Origin: a virus | Taxonomy: Duplodnaviria > Caudoviricetes | Length of the DNA: 64,000 bases | Direction: 5' to 3' (one strand) | Virus record (IMG/VR): IMGVR_UViG_3300034161_000018 | Location: 96,001-160,000 of that record | Shown here: in pieces, positions 28,371 to 36,987 of the stretch | Layout of the letters: each line of letters begins with the position of its first letter | How positions within the stretch are numbered: the stretch's first letter is position 1 | Notes under the pieces: generated by a model | What the model saw: only the letters and a program-made list of their open reading frames with translations | Told to the model about the DNA's origin: nothing | The model's database searches: none | Made by a program: the position numbers and the translations under genes

Positions 28371-29216
28371 TTACATGAACGCGTGGGCGCGGAAACGCTG
28401 CATGAACATTTCGTAGTACGCAGGACGGCGAGCGAACATTTTTGCGTAATACGCAGCGGCTGCGGCCAGATCACCGGAAGCTGCGGTGGCAACGTCTTTG
28501 TCGTCTTCTTCTTCAATGTCGTGGTGGCCGGAAGCGACAACCAGTTCACGATTGATGATTTCGGAAACGCCGTTACCGCGAACGACTGCCAGACTGTGCG
28601 CGTCGGTGCCATCAGCATTCAACAGGCCAGCGCAGGCGATTGCCATTTCGGTGTTGCCGGTTTCTGGCGAAACGTAGGAAATCAAATCGCCGCCCGAAAC
28701 AGTAGCACGCATTTCTGCGAGTTGTTGCAGCGGAGTGCGCGACTCGAAATCGTTGTGGTCAACGCTCGACAGCGACAGCAGTTGGCTCATGAAAGCCACG
28801 TCGTTATCGCAAATCGACTTCACCATGATTTCGCCAGCGTCGTTTGCTTTCAGAGTCCAAAGATTCTGATCGCCATCTTCGTACATGCTGCCAGCGACGG
28901 CTTTGAAACTGCCTTTGTTTTCTTCGGTCAGAACAACGCGTTCCGGAATCAGACCGACGATGCCTTCCATCGTGTGGTTGGAACCGGATTTGGCGACGGT
29001 GACGAAAGAACCTTTGATCGGCACAATGCCTTTCATTTGTTCGCGCATGCCTTTGAAAATTGCTTCCGGGCTTGCGGCGGAACTGGCTTGGCAAACGATA
29101 CGGGCGAAACGATCACCGATTGCGGTTGCATCACGCAGAGTTACGTGTGCAGCGCGAACGGTCATATCGGCGCAAACGCGGTCGATTGCGGCACGGCTAT
29201 GTTGGATGTAAGACAT
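28371..29216 (-). CDS. Probable virion structural protein, 281 aa
   Basis: High-expression codon usage, own SD (GGAG) and terminator, located among structural genes; contains VATAAS. Confidence 0.55.
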   Translation of the reverse strand: MSYIQHSRAAIDRVCADMTVRAAHVTLRDATAIGDRFARIVCQASSAASPEAIFKGMREQMKGIVPIKGSFVTVAKSGSNHTMEGIVGLIPERVVLTEENKGSFKAVAGSMYEDGDQNLWTLKANDAGEIMVKSICDNDVAFMSQLLSLSSVDHNDFESRTPLQQLAEMRATVSGGDLISYVSPETGNTEMAIACAGLLNADGTDAHSLAVVRGNGVSEIINRELVVASGHHDIEEEDDKDVATAASGDLAAAAAYYAKMFARRPAYYEMFMQRFRAHAFM

Positions 29217-29280
29217 TCGGTGTCTCCAAAATGGAAAGAGTTACTTTGTTAAATTACCGGTACGCAATTACATTGCGCGT

Positions 29281-30486
29281 TTACATACCCCGGAACCAGC
29301 CGCCTCGGCCAGCCCACGGAATACGCGTGGTCGGTGCGTTTGTCAAACCGAGAGTGCCTAGCGCTCTGGAGCCGTCGATAAACTGCCCACCTTGCGAACC
29401 GTCACCGGAGATTACGCCAGCACGAACAAGGTTTTTCTTAAACGGTTTCACCTGACTTTCAATTTCGGAATCAATACGACCAAGTGCCGACTCAATTGCC
29501 GGAGTGCGGTCGATATTCAAACTTACTGATTGTCCGCCGAAGTCAAACGCGAGTGCGCCTTCCGCTTGAATCTGCGCGCCCAAAACATAAAGCGTTGAAC
29601 ACGTTAACCATGCGGTAAAGATTGGCCCCTGCATGTTCGTGCCAGTGAAGTTTGTCACCAGCGGTTGCAGGCCGTTGAAATAATGCAAGCCACGGAACAG
29701 CGCTTCCAAATAATCGGATTGTCTGTAACGCAGTTCCGGAATGACGTTCGCAAGTTTTGCTTTGTTTACGAAATCATCGAGGTGACTGACAGCTTGCAGA
29801 ATCGACGGTGTGACGCCCCACACTTTGAACGTGTGAAGTGTCGGCGCCATTTGCTTTGGTGTCTGGTGAGAAACAACCAAAGTTAGCGGTGCCATTGTTG
29901 GTTGCCCGACCACAGCCGGAATCAATGCCAACGTTTTCTTGCTCATGGCTTCGAGATTCACAGCGGGGTTATCCCACTGCATATTCTCGTAAACCGGATT
30001 GTTGTTTTGGTAAAGGCTAAACGAAAGCTTGTCACCTTTCTTCGCAGGCTTTGCGGAAATGTGTTTTGCTTTGTCGGCCAAAACTTCTGGAACCGGTGGA
30101 CGGAACCGGAACGGCATGTTGATTTGCATCTTCATATCGCGGCCCAACATAACGATAATGTCTTCGTCAGTTGTGGCGGTCGCCGGTTCGATTTCAATCC
30201 ATTCTTTCGCAGTGTATCGCTCGCCGTCATCGCCGTAAAACACCCAGCGCACTTTGAGTTTTACATTGTCGTCCAATCCCATATCGGGAATCGGAATATC
30301 GGCGCGCCAGTTGCCGACTTCACTGGTGTCAACGCTTGCGCGAACTTCCGCAATGATCGTTTTATCCGTATCGTAAAGTCGAACCGTTGGCGCACCGCGA
30401 GACGCGGAAGGATAAATTGGATTGTCGTCATCGTCCAGAAACTGTTCGTACAGACTCAGGGTCTGCCCTTCAATTCCTGTTGTCAT
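29281..30486 (-). CDS. Probable neck/head-tail adaptor protein, 401 aa
   Basis: C-terminal AQIQAEGALAFDFGGQSVSLNIDRT resembles myovirus neck/adaptor proteins; beta-rich N-terminus. Confidence 0.45.
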   Translation of the reverse strand: MTTGIEGQTLSLYEQFLDDDDNPIYPSASRGAPTVRLYDTDKTIIAEVRASVDTSEVGNWRADIPIPDMGLDDNVKLKVRWVFYGDDGERYTAKEWIEIEPATATTDEDIIVMLGRDMKMQINMPFRFRPPVPEVLADKAKHISAKPAKKGDKLSFSLYQNNNPVYENMQWDNPAVNLEAMSKKTLALIPAVVGQPTMAPLTLVVSHQTPKQMAPTLHTFKVWGVTPSILQAVSHLDDFVNKAKLANVIPELRYRQSDYLEALFRGLHYFNGLQPLVTNFTGTNMQGPIFTAWLTCSTLYVLGAQIQAEGALAFDFGGQSVSLNIDRTPAIESALGRIDSEIESQVKPFKKNLVRAGVISGDGSQGGQFIDGSRALGTLGLTNAPTTRIPWAGRGGWFRGM

Positions 30487-31382
30487 TCGATTTTCCCTTT
30501 AGCGATTTCAATCGCCAGCGTTTCAACGTCGGTGAATTCATCCATGATCGGCATGAAGCGCAAAAGGTTTTCTTCGTCTGGCTTCACAGTGTTTTGCAAC
30601 CAACGCAGAATGAAGTGCGTGATTTGTTCTTTCGCTTCCTCGAAATACTGGTCGTACAGCGGACTTTCCTGCAACTCAGGAAGATTCGGTGCAATGAATC
30701 GGCAGTAGTATTCCAGATAGGCCGGTGTCCATTCGACGTTTAGCAATTCCGGCATGCGGCGCCAAAAGTCGAGACAGTAAGACCAATCCTTTCGAGCCAG
30801 ATACCACATGGCTTTCGGAATATTCCAGCGGAAGTATTTCGATTTAATCATTTCGACATTGGCGAGGCCCAACGGCTTCACTTTGCGAATGACGGATTTG
30901 GTAAACCCGCCAGCAATGTCATACAGATAGGAAAGGTCGCGCTCCAACACGCCGGGCAAACGCCATTCCGAACTGCGCTCCAATGGAATGCTGATCGAAA
31001 TAAAATCGTTTGGCCTATTCGGATTGGAACCCCACAACGCGGTTTTGCCAGTTGCCCAAAAGCTGTGAGCAACTTCGTGTGCCATGTTTTGCCGCGTGCG
31101 TGCAAACGTGAAAACAACCGGGCCACGCATCACAGGCTTTGCCGGTTCTACCGACAGGCCAATTGAGATTTGGTGGTAAACCGAATAAAGATTCGTGATG
31201 GAGAAAGTGGTTTTAAACACAAACGCCAGCGGCACTTTATTCAGTTCTGATTCGAGGTAGTCCAGCACGGCCTTTATATCAAAACGAAAATTGCCGGAGC
31301 GATACGTCTTGATATAGTGATCCCCGCCATACGGCCATGCCGAAAGTCTGAAAGACAGAATCGCGGGGATGTAGGAGTACAC
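30483..31382 (-). CDS. Hypothetical protein, up to 299 aa
   Basis: Operon-coupled ORF; exact start uncertain. Confidence 0.7.
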   Translation of the reverse strand: MYSYIPAILSFRLSAWPYGGDHYIKTYRSGNFRFDIKAVLDYLESELNKVPLAFVFKTTFSITNLYSVYHQISIGLSVEPAKPVMRGPVVFTFARTRQNMAHEVAHSFWATGKTALWGSNPNRPNDFISISIPLERSSEWRLPGVLERDLSYLYDIAGGFTKSVIRKVKPLGLANVEMIKSKYFRWNIPKAMWYLARKDWSYCLDFWRRMPELLNVEWTPAYLEYYCRFIAPNLPELQESPLYDQYFEEAKEQITHFILRWLQNTVKPDEENLLRFMPIMDEFTDVETLAIEIAKGKIE

Positions 31383-31384
31383 GT

Positions 31385-32449
31385 TTACACCTTACGCGAA
31401 ACGGAATATTTCCACATGCCGTCACCGACTGGTGCGAAGCGTGCCGAGTAATCGCCGGAAAGCATTTTGCGAATCGAAGGGTACGCATTCAGTGCGCGCA
31501 CAACGTCGCCTACAGTGGTGCGGTTGTCGCCGGGGATTTCGACTTCGATACTGTCCTCGAAAACGGAAACGCCTTTCACGCCTTTAATGTCGGTCAGCAG
31601 CGTGGTTACGGTTACGTCGTCGATTGGCAGATTCACCGGAGCGATTACCGCAACAACGTGATGCGCAGCGAGTTGCTGTTCCATCACTTTTTGCAATTTG
31701 CCGCCGATTGCTTTGATGCCTGCGCCGGTAACTTCAACGCCGAGGTTGTAGCGGAAAGGCAGAACCGATTTGTCATGCACGTTCACGTAAACGCGAGTCG
31801 TGTAATTGCCCGGCGTGGTTTCGCTCATTACAGCGGTAACGACGACAGCCAGAATTGCGGTTTTGCTTTCGCGTTCCCAATTGGAAATGTCGAGCATTTG
31901 AACAAAGTGAATACCTTGTTCTGGTTCGGCGCCGACGCTCAGGTAAACACCAGCGATTTCGCTACCGACTTTGCTCAGTGCTTTTTCCGAAAGTTTGAAC
32001 AGCGAACCGATGTTGTCCGGAATGGTTTTTTCTGCAACTTCGGTCAGACCATCCAGCGAAGTGTTGAAGGTCAGCAGCATTGCATCGCGCAGACGTTTCG
32101 CTTCTGGATAACGATCTTTCATATCCGACGACGAACGTTTCATCCGCGCCAGCATTTCCTCAAGGAAGTCGAGGTCGTCGGCGTAGGTTTGTGCGTCAAT
32201 GAATTTGCGCAGCTTGGCGGCGCTCGGTGCTTTGAAACCGGAAACAGTCAGCGAGTCACCGGAATTGCCATCGTCATCGCGACCGCTCATATCCTGAACG
32301 ATTACGTCGGTGGCGAATGCGGAAAACGCTTTACCAAAGAATGCTTTCAGCAGCGAGGTCAGACGTGCGAGGTTTTTACGGAACGACGGCAGACGCGTTT
32401 GGTACTGCGCGAACATTTCTTCATCAGACAGGTGAGCGTATTTACTCAT
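31385..32449 (-). CDS. Hypothetical (probably structural) protein, 354 aa
   Basis: ATGA overlap; distant similarity to 32446-33450. Confidence 0.75.
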   Translation of the reverse strand: MSKYAHLSDEEMFAQYQTRLPSFRKNLARLTSLLKAFFGKAFSAFATDVIVQDMSGRDDDGNSGDSLTVSGFKAPSAAKLRKFIDAQTYADDLDFLEEMLARMKRSSSDMKDRYPEAKRLRDAMLLTFNTSLDGLTEVAEKTIPDNIGSLFKLSEKALSKVGSEIAGVYLSVGAEPEQGIHFVQMLDISNWERESKTAILAVVVTAVMSETTPGNYTTRVYVNVHDKSVLPFRYNLGVEVTGAGIKAIGGKLQKVMEQQLAAHHVVAVIAPVNLPIDDVTVTTLLTDIKGVKGVSVFEDSIEVEIPGDNRTTVGDVVRALNAYPSIRKMLSGDYSARFAPVGDGMWKYSVSRKV

Positions 32450-33450
32450 TTTGCAGGTTCCAGAATTGAGTTGAGATTTCTTTGTGCCGACCGACTAAGG
32501 GAAAGCAGTTTCCCGACTTTCGCCAGCGAGCGCGGATCGTGTAGAACACGTTTGGCGAGTACGAATTGAATTGTGCGATTTTCTCCGTATTGGCTAACGC
32601 GGTGAATCACGTCCGTTCCAGAAAGATTAATCGCCTTGCGCAAGTGCGGCAGAATCTGCACAAGGAGCGAATTGATTTCTTCCGGTTTCACGGTCGGATC
32701 AAGAACAACTTCCAAGCTATCGTCGAGGACATTTACTTCGCGGACAAAACGTTGTGCCAGCAAAGCATCGTCTTTGACAGTTGGGCGACCGACGTATTGA
32801 AAGTCGGTAATGGACGCCAGCAAATATTGCTGAATATCTACGGCATCAGTCACAACGGATTCATCCGTTTCAACATATGGCGAATCGGGCAAACTGATTG
32901 TGAAATTGTTTCCGCGTTTGCAGAGCTTCACCGTAATCGGGCCAGACGAATATCCCGACTTGTCGATTGCGCCTTGTGAAGTGCGCAACACAATCATTTG
33001 GAAACCCGGAATCTTTACGTGCAGTTGCGTGGTTTTGCCGATCTTCGACAGAACATTGGAAACCGTTTCTGCCAAGTCATCCAGCTTTTTATCCATGCGA
33101 ATAGAACACGCACGATCAATCAGCAAAAGCAAACGACGCTGCAACACGCGAATATTGTCGGTGCCAGCTTCCACCATTGCGAAACAACGATCCCTTTTCA
33201 GGTCGTTGAATTCCTGCGCAACAGAACGCGCAAGTCGCAATTCGATTAGGCTGTCCACACAGAAAGTCAGCGCTTGCAAACCAGCTTCTACTGTAACCGA
33301 TGCGAGTTTGGTTGTGCTGAATTTATTGGTCAACAAATTGCAAGTAGTGTTGATTCGAGAAAGAACGATAATAACTTCGTTCGCGTTTCGTGCCTTTTTC
33401 AGATCAATAACGTTGGGGTTATTGTCGATGGCTTTTGTCTGAATTTGCAA
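32446..33450 (-). CDS. Hypothetical (probably structural) protein, about 334 aa
   Basis: Probable TTG start (LQIQTK) near 33450 with AGGT upstream; the ORF track start falls inside the terminator. Confidence 0.7.
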   Translation of the reverse strand: MQIQTKAIDNNPNVIDLKKARNANEVIIVLSRINTTCNLLTNKFSTTKLASVTVEAGLQALTFCVDSLIELRLARSVAQEFNDLKRDRCFAMVEAGTDNIRVLQRRLLLLIDRACSIRMDKKLDDLAETVSNVLSKIGKTTQLHVKIPGFQMIVLRTSQGAIDKSGYSSGPITVKLCKRGNNFTISLPDSPYVETDESVVTDAVDIQQYLLASITDFQYVGRPTVKDDALLAQRFVREVNVLDDSLEVVLDPTVKPEEINSLLVQILPHLRKAINLSGTDVIHRVSQYGENRTIQFVLAKRVLHDPRSLAKVGKLLSLSRSAQRNLNSILEPAK

Positions 33451-33505
33451 TGGGATATACCTATTGTCATCGCCGCATACAGAAAAATTACGGAAAATAG
33501 GCAAC

Positions 33506-33546
33506 AAAAAACCCGCATCACCGGGTTAACAGTGAGCGGGTTTTTT
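33506..33546. terminator. Terminator with A/T tracts on both sides
   Basis: AAAAAACCCGC...GCGGGTTTTTT, downstream of the H1-like gene. Confidence 0.85.
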
Positions 33547-33572
33547 GATTTGTCAGCGATTACCCTTTCGGA

Positions 33573-34853
33573 TTAACGACGACGGATGCCACCGGAAGCG
33601 GCTTTCTTTTCAGGAGCGGCTGCGGCTGGAGCTTTTGCGGCTGGCTTCTTGGCTGCGGTTTTGGCCGGAGCTTTCGGTGCCTTGGCGGCTGGAGCTTTTG
33701 CGGCTGGCTTGGTCGAAGCTTTTGGAGCCTTCGGAGCTTTTGCGGCTTTGGCTGGTTTGGCCGGAGCCTCGGCAGCTTTCTTCGCAGCTTCGTTGTTACG
33801 ACGGGTCAGGCGATTTTTGGAAATCTGTGGCCCATCGTTCGGCCCCATTTTGGAAGCGCGCTTACCGGCCACTTTCACTTTTTCAGCCTTGGCTGGCTTT
33901 GCAGCTTTTTCAGCTTTCGCTGGAGCGGCGGCGCCTTCTTTCGGCTTGCGGGTGTACTTGCGTTTTGCTTTCACTTCCGGCGCCGGAGCGGCAGGAGCTT
34001 TTTCAGCTTTGGCTTTCTTGCCAGCTTTCGCTGGTTTGGCCGGAGCTTCGGCAGCTTTCTTCGCAGCTTCGTTGTTACGACGAGTCAGACGATTCTTGCT
34101 GATTTGCGGGCCGTAACCCGGAGCTTTTTCAGCGGCTTTGCGTTCTTTGCGCTGAGCAGCGGTTTCTTTGTGCTTCGGAGCTTTTGCGCCTTTCGGAGCT
34201 TTGGCTTCTTTGGCGGCTGGAGCAGCGGCGGCTTTTTCAGCGCTTACCAGACGAACACCTTTTTTGGTGGTCGGCTTCTTGAAGACTTTCTTGAGTTTTT
34301 GCATGTTCTCATGAATGTCTTTCAGTTTGTTTTTCTTGGCTTCGACGGCCTTGGCGCGAGCGGCGGCAATCTTACCAGCGGTTTTCTGGTAAGCGTCTTT
34401 CGCCTTGGCGTTTGCGTTGGCGCGCTTTTTCGGATCTTTGATCGACTTGTTGTGCTCACGCGCTTTTTTCAGAGCGTCGCGGGCGCCGGACAGATCACTT
34501 TTCAGTTTCTGACGCAGTTCGCGGGTGCCGTCGTGCAGCGCCTTACGGGCGGCGGTGGCGTGCTTGCCGGATTTCTTCATCTTGATACGTTTGCGGTATT
34601 TCAGAACTTCGGCTTTCGCGTCGGATTCGGAAGCACCGTGACGGATCGCGGAGGTGAAGATGTTACGTTCGGCCAGATGTTGACGCTCTTGCGGAGTCAG
34701 CGACTTGTAGTCTTGACGCGCTTTCTGACGGATTTGCGCCAGCTTCGGCTTGCGGGCCTTGGCGGCTTCTTTGCGTTCTTTCTTCGCGGCGGCGGAATTG
34801 TCAACTTTGACTTTTTTGACCGGGGCCGTCGAAGGCTTTTTGGTAACAGCCAT
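33573..34853 (-). CDS. Histone H1-like Lys/Ala/Pro-rich basic protein, 426 aa
   Basis: Many KPAAKAPAA/AKPAKA repeats, almost no aromatic residues, strong codon bias, SD GAGG. Confidence 0.8.
   Translation of the reverse strand: MAVTKKPSTAPVKKVKVDNSAAAKKERKEAAKARKPKLAQIRQKARQDYKSLTPQERQHLAERNIFTSAIRHGASESDAKAEVLKYRKRIKMKKSGKHATAARKALHDGTRELRQKLKSDLSGARDALKKAREHNKSIKDPKKRANANAKAKDAYQKTAGKIAAARAKAVEAKKNKLKDIHENMQKLKKVFKKPTTKKGVRLVSAEKAAAAPAAKEAKAPKGAKAPKHKETAAQRKERKAAEKAPGYGPQISKNRLTRRNNEAAKKAAEAPAKPAKAGKKAKAEKAPAAPAPEVKAKRKYTRKPKEGAAAPAKAEKAAKPAKAEKVKVAGKRASKMGPNDGPQISKNRLTRRNNEAAKKAAEAPAKPAKAAKAPKAPKASTKPAAKAPAAKAPKAPAKTAAKKPAAKAPAAAAPEKKAASGGIRRR
33750..34112. repeat. Direct repeat of about 83 bp inside the H1-like gene (about 33750-33832 and 34030-34112)
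   Basis: Both copies encode GPQISKNRLTRRNNEAAKKAAEAPAKPAKA and differ by synonymous changes. Confidence 0.9.
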
Positions 34854-34993
34854 TGAGATTTCCTCTGAGGATTTTGATTTTAGTCGGACTGCAATTCCAT
34901 CGTAGCGCCACGATTATATCCAACTATATAAAAATTACTATCCTCAAAGGAAAATATTCACTCCGATTTCAAAAAGAAAATTCTTTAATCGGG

Positions 34994-36037
34994 TCATAGT
35001 CCCAAATGGTTTTTCGCTTCCGTAACCAAAGCTTTTGCTTCCCGAATCTGCTTTTTGTCGAAACCCTGACTCGACAGAAAACGTTTCAAACCGGAATCAA
35101 CTGAAACGACGGAACGCTCGACAATCAGTTTATCCAGTTCTTCTTCGATGTTTGCTTTCTTGCCAGTTGCGTAGAAAACACCGCCCGTAATGTTTGGGTA
35201 TTGAATCATAATGTCGGCTGGCAAAACCACTTCCGAACCAACACGCAGTTTGTACCGAATGTTGTCATCGTGTTTCAATTGTTTCAAATCGGTGAGGTCT
35301 TCAATGTCCACGTTTATCAAAGCGAAGTTTGGATGGTTATTCACAAACTTGTGCTTGAACTGAATGCGGCCACCTTTCGACGACGCTTGAAAGTGAATAA
35401 AACCTTTCGGCAGCGATTCACCAAAGTTTTTCTGGAACGGGTTGCCACAATACACAGCGCGTTTCGACGGCATGTGTTGGTATTGGTGAATGTGTCCGCT
35501 GATTGTATAATCGTTGTCGATAACGGAAAGTTCGTGTTTCGTTTTCAGTTTGCGTCCGTTGTCGCCAATCGCCCCGCTGTATTCAACGTGCGCGAAATTC
35601 AATGCGCCTTTCGTTCCTTTGCTCAACGTTTCCAAGCACGGATACGGCAAGAAGTTTACCGGCACGCCGTCGATCTTTACACGCTCAGGTTGCAGGTACA
35701 GGTTAAACGATTTGAAGAAACCCTGATCCATCAAAACTTTCAACAGGTCGAGACTGGTTTTGGAAATGTCGGAGAAGTCGTGGTTGCCCGCGATGTAATG
35801 CGTGTGAATAATACCGTCATACTTTTTCAGAAACAGCACAAGTGCAATGTAGGAATCGGTAGGCAACGTCGGTGTATCGGAAATGTCGCCGGGAACGAAT
35901 ACGTGTTTGATTCCGTTCTTGATTGCGTATTGGTAAATCTTGTCGATTTCCGAAATGAGCACTTCGTTGTGAGTTTCCGGAAAGTGTTTTTCCAAACCCA
36001 TGAAGTGCCAGTCGGATGTAGATACGCCTTCAAGCAT
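34994..36037 (-). CDS. sbcD: SbcD/Mre11-like (gp47-like) nuclease
   Basis: Phosphoesterase motifs SDWH, PGD, AGNHD, AH, SGHIH, GNPFQ. Confidence 0.9.
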   Translation of the reverse strand: MLEGVSTSDWHFMGLEKHFPETHNEVLISEIDKIYQYAIKNGIKHVFVPGDISDTPTLPTDSYIALVLFLKKYDGIIHTHYIAGNHDFSDISKTSLDLLKVLMDQGFFKSFNLYLQPERVKIDGVPVNFLPYPCLETLSKGTKGALNFAHVEYSGAIGDNGRKLKTKHELSVIDNDYTISGHIHQYQHMPSKRAVYCGNPFQKNFGESLPKGFIHFQASSKGGRIQFKHKFVNNHPNFALINVDIEDLTDLKQLKHDDNIRYKLRVGSEVVLPADIMIQYPNITGGVFYATGKKANIEEELDKLIVERSVVSVDSGLKRFLSSQGFDKKQIREAKALVTEAKNHLGL

Positions 36038-36038
36038 T

Positions 36039-36914
36039 TTATGTACCCGGATTGATTTTGATTGTGCGTGCAGGTTCTTTCAGAATGGACGCGCCGAAAA
36101 GGATTTCGTATTTGCGCGCCTGTTCCATTTCTGGAGTGCGTTCTTCTACGAAGTCAATGACAGGAAACTTCCACTCAAGGTTTGGATTCAGTTTACAGAA
36201 TTCTTCCAGTTGGCCCAGCAGTTCTAGTTGCGAAATGCTGTTCGATGGATTCGCGCATTGATTGAGAATCGTGTCATCCATTCGCGGGCCACCAGTGTGG
36301 AAAGTCATTCCGCGCAACGTACCGAGTTGCCCAACGATTTTCTTGTCTTGCACTTTGACTTTGTGTTTCGCCCAGCGGCGTGCAACGCGACCACAACGGA
36401 ATGGGCCGTCGAAATAGTCTTGGGTGAATTCGATTCCATCTGCGCCAATAACCGAAACGCCGTAACGATGCCATTTAAGTCGGAATGGAATTTCCAAACG
36501 CGGTTCCGGCGTGCGCGGTGCGCTAACCGAATAACCGGGAGACACGACAAACATTTCGCCGGGCACCAGTGTTTGTTTTGCTGCGCCTTCTTTAATGTGA
36601 TCGCTCCACGTTTTCAGAAACTCAAACATCAGGTCGTTGCCTTTGAACTCCGACTCGACACTCATGGTCATTGAATTGGTCGGTCGCTTCACACCTTCCA
36701 GCCACGCATTAATCAATTCGTTTTCTTTCGGTGAACAGGTTTGCGTGTAGCTGCATTTGAGGTCGTTGTTCGGTTTTACTTTCAGTGTGCAATCGGCGCT
36801 GAGATTGTAAGTGCCCGGTTGATTCGGGTCAATGTCCGGCCACATTTTTGGAAACTTCATACTGCTAGCAAAGCCGACCGGTACACCGTCCAACAGGATT
36901 TCAAATTGTGGCAT
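36039..36914 (-). CDS. Hypothetical protein, 291 aa
   Basis: SD GAGGA; the motif variant AAAGTGTAAA lies upstream at 36960-36969. Confidence 0.75.
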   Translation of the reverse strand: MPQFEILLDGVPVGFASSMKFPKMWPDIDPNQPGTYNLSADCTLKVKPNNDLKCSYTQTCSPKENELINAWLEGVKRPTNSMTMSVESEFKGNDLMFEFLKTWSDHIKEGAAKQTLVPGEMFVVSPGYSVSAPRTPEPRLEIPFRLKWHRYGVSVIGADGIEFTQDYFDGPFRCGRVARRWAKHKVKVQDKKIVGQLGTLRGMTFHTGGPRMDDTILNQCANPSNSISQLELLGQLEEFCKLNPNLEWKFPVIDFVEERTPEMEQARKYEILFGASILKEPARTIKINPGT

Positions 36915-36987
36915 TCTGGATTTCCTCTATGGGAATCGAGTTAATTTCGTTATATGGTATTTACACTTTCACGCACGGAGACTCACA

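Noticed and set aside
34913-34918. Sigma70 promoter for the H1-like gene
   Set aside because: A perfect TATAAT is present on the minus strand, but there is no acceptable -35 at 16-18 bp and the region is AT-rich, so it is not called.
3150-34940. TAATTT motif upstream of several structural genes (about 3162, 29250, 33485, 34932)
   Set aside because: It could be a late promoter, but a 6-bp AT-rich word is too common in intergenic DNA to support by eye.
36039-36914. Tail-tube-like N-terminus (FEILLDGVPVGFASSMKFP); the 56656-57084 protein also looks tube-like
   Set aside because: The resemblance is limited to a few residues and the gene context is not a tail module.
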